From an uncultured Acidobacteriaceae bacterium (GTDB lineage: Bacteria; Acidobacteriota; Terriglobia; Terriglobales; Acidobacteriaceae): DNA of 64,000 bases. A program made the translations under genes and the position numbers. The stretch spans positions 316,147 through 380,146 of the forward strand of contig CAVUSW010000010.1 in the NCBI GenBank assembly GCA_963744265.1. The letters are read 5' to 3'. The notes under the pieces were generated by a model. That model ran no database searches. It was not told the DNA's origin and saw only the letters and a program-made list of their open reading frames with translations. Below, piece by piece: positions 62,209-64,000 of this stretch (the stretch's first letter is position 1; each line of letters opens with the position of its first letter).

Positions 62209-62553
62209 GTGACGATCAAGACCAGTACGCGAACAGTTGATGATGTGGTCATCGTAGACATCATCGGTGAGCTTCGGCTTGGCGAGGGAACCGATGTGGT
62301 CCGCAATGTTGTCCGCGGTCTCACCGACACTAACTATAAGAACATTCTGCTTAATTTGCGCGACGTTCGGCACATCGATAGTGCCGGCGTGGGCGAGCTG
62401 ATGAGCTGCTACACCTCCGTCCGCAATCATGGCGGCGCTCTCAAGTTGATGAACCTCAGTAAGAACGTTCACAATCTGCTCCAGATCACCAAGCTGTATA
62501 CCATTTTCGAAGTCGAGGATGATGAGCCTACGGCAGTTGCATCTTTTCGTTAG
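62209..62553 (+). CDS. STAS-domain anti-sigma-factor antagonist (SpoIIAA-like)
   Basis: ..LNLRDVRHIDSAGVGELM.. carries the conserved phospho-acceptor Ser context (DSAG). 114 aa. Confidence 0.8.
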   Translation: MTIKTSTRTVDDVVIVDIIGELRLGEGTDVVRNVVRGLTDTNYKNILLNLRDVRHIDSAGVGELMSCYTSVRNHGGALKLMNLSKNVHNLLQITKLYTIFEVEDDEPTAVASFR

Positions 62554-62661
62554 GGTGTTTTCTTTATACCCGGCTACAATGGAGTGACAACCCAATACAT
62601 ATTTTATTGCGCCCATAGGTTGTTGTCGTGTGCGTTGAATCTCTAAGTTTTGCGAGGCGAA

Positions 62662-63138
62662 ATGAAAGGCGATCCTAAAGTAATTGCATTCCTTAACCAG
62701 GTTTTGAAGGCGGAGTTGACGGCCGTGAATCAGTATTTCCTGCACGCTGAAATGTGCGACAACTGGGGCTACGCGCGGCTGGGGAAGAAAGTCAAGAAGG
62801 AATCCATCGAAGAAATGGTGCATGCCGAGAAATGTATCGAACGCATTCTCTTTCTCGACGGCACGCCCAACATGACCGACTACTTCAAGATTAATATCGG
62901 GGCCACGGTCGAGGAGCAATTCAAGAACGACTTGCAGGTCGAATACGACGCCGTGAAGCGCTTGAACGACGGTATCAAGCTGTGCGTAGCTCAGGGCGAC
63001 AATGCCTCGCGCGATCTGGCCGAACATATTCTCACCGACGAAGAAGAGCACATCGACTGGCTGGAAGCCCAACTGCACGCCATCAGCGAAATGGGCATCG
63101 GCAACTATCTGGCGGAGCAACTCAAGGAAGACAAGTAG
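62662..63138 (+). CDS. bfr: Bacterioferritin
   Basis: MKGDPKVIAFLNQVLKAELTAVNQYFLHAEMCDNWGY.. and the di-iron ligand pattern ..EEMVHAE.., ..EEEHIDW.. Confidence 0.9.
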   Translation: MKGDPKVIAFLNQVLKAELTAVNQYFLHAEMCDNWGYARLGKKVKKESIEEMVHAEKCIERILFLDGTPNMTDYFKINIGATVEEQFKNDLQVEYDAVKRLNDGIKLCVAQGDNASRDLAEHILTDEEEHIDWLEAQLHAISEMGIGNYLAEQLKEDK

Positions 63139-63275
63139 CCGCTATATCGTCAGCATGTGGCGGGCAGGAGCTCGCCACGACTTCTGAGTGCCCTGGCGTT
63201 CTGAGCGCCGTCACACAATGCGCTACAATGGTCGAGCGCCGTTTTCCGGCGCATCTGTAACACGCCTTTCCCGAC

Positions 63276-63365
63276 GGAGAGATGGCCGAGTGGCTGAAGG
63301 CGCACGCTTGGAAAGCGTGTGTACTCGAAAGGGTACCCAGGGTTCGAATCCCTGTCTCTCCGCCA
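63276..63365 (+). tRNA. tRNA-Ser, anticodon GGA, with encoded CCA end
   Basis: Acceptor stem GGAGAGA/TCTCTCC. Anticodon stem CACGC/GCGTG with loop TTGGAAA. Long variable arm. T-arm CAGGG-TTCGAAT-CCCTG. Confidence 0.95.
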
Positions 63366-63392
63366 GACCCTGATAACAAAGCACTTAGCCGA

Positions 63393-64000
63393 CTAACCGA
63401 TCATTTTGCGTTGATCGCCGATGCGGCGCTCGCGTTCGTTTGCGAATCGCTCCACGCCTGCGAAAATCGAATCGGGATCGAGATGCGCTTCCGCGATCAC
63501 TTCCGCTTCGAGGCCGCCGCTTCTCCAGGAATTGTCGAAGTCGGAGGTGAGTGAATACTCATCCGTCAACGGACCGAGGTTGCGCAGCGGCCACATGCGT
63601 CGCGTGCCGGTTGATACCACCATCAAATCGTAGCGAGCCTCGGGCGGCAGCACGGAATCGCGATACGCTTGCGGCTGGCGATCGAACAAATCCTCGCTGA
63701 TCGCCGCGATCACCTTCACGTTCACACCGGCCGCTTCGAGTTTCGGCAGCACTTTCACCAGATTCACCGTGGAACTCGATCCTTGCGCGATCACGTAACC
63801 GTGGCGCGGCTTGTCCGGCGCGAAATCGCGGATCACGTACAGGCCTTTTGCCGCAGCGCGCAGATCGGAGTCGGCGAAATGGCTGCGGTCCGCGACCGGG
63901 AAGTCGGGACGCGCCACTTCCAGCGTGATGATGCCCACGTGCGGATCGCGCGCCGCGATTTCCGCCGCCGCGAAATAGCCGGGCGCGACATCGTTGTAAT
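63393..64000 (-). CDS. tkt: Transketolase, C-terminal part; the 5' end lies outside the window
   Basis: C-terminal domain pattern ..VIAQGSSSTVNLVKVLPKLEAAGVNVKVIAAISEDLFDRQ...YRDSVLP.. The frame stays open to the window edge. Confidence 0.75.
   Translation of the reverse strand, partial: YNDVAPGYFAAAEIAARDPHVGIITLEVARPDFPVADRSHFADSDLRAAAKGLYVIRDFAPDKPRHGYVIAQGSSSTVNLVKVLPKLEAAGVNVKVIAAISEDLFDRQPQAYRDSVLPPEARYDLMVVSTGTRRMWPLRNLGPLTDEYSLTSDFDNSWRSGGLEAEVIAEAHLDPDSIFAGVERFANERERRIGDQRKMIG

Noticed and set aside
62593-62609. The AT-rich inverted repeat CAATA-n7-TATTG upstream of bfr as a Fur-type iron box.
   Set aside because: The arms are only 5 bp and the match to the Fur consensus is poor. 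It is too weak to report without comparative data.

Overview
GC-rich bacterial chromosomal window. The gene content looks like Acidobacteriota/Terriglobia; this is an inference from the PadR plus ADOP-type FtsX permease pair, a FecR/DUF6600-like giant protein and many secreted hypotheticals, and no database search was possible. I call about 55 protein genes and one tRNA-Ser(GGA). I recognise no rRNA, CRISPR array, transposase, integrase or phage gene. Most of the content is housekeeping: nadE, an lptF/lptG plus MsbA-like exporter block, tatD, yajQ, a polyprenyl synthase, secA, cspA, ribA, ftcD, fadD with a TetR regulator, gap-pgk, bfr and tkt. Interspersed are exported or uncharacterised proteins: a TPR-secretin, a lectin/beta-propeller lipoprotein, a kelch-like protein and a Thr-rich mucin-like protein. 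There is also one mazEF module. I do not see a canonical multi-gene novel system such as a defence island or secretion locus. Two sequence-level signals are not explained by ordinary annotation. (1) A family of TAG-phased heptanucleotide mini-arrays sits exactly on gene boundaries at seven places between 3.1 and 37.2 kb, once as the inverted termini of a roughly 200 bp palindromic element. (2) About 40 small indels (1, 4 and 8 nt, counted by eye) break at least 17 genes, including essential ones (secA, gap, pgk, nadE, ribA). They cluster strongly in secA and the ADOP permease, while roughly 9-10 kb stretches have none, so I read most of them as assembly or consensus errors rather than biology. 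The best gene-level candidates for something undescribed are the DUF5996 / UBP-type zinc-finger pair, the secreted protein / tail-anchored triple-repeat protein / STAS triad, the orphan TPR-secretin, and an MFS / Tat-exported PLP enzyme / anchored hydrolase trio. All product calls rest on motifs read from the translations.
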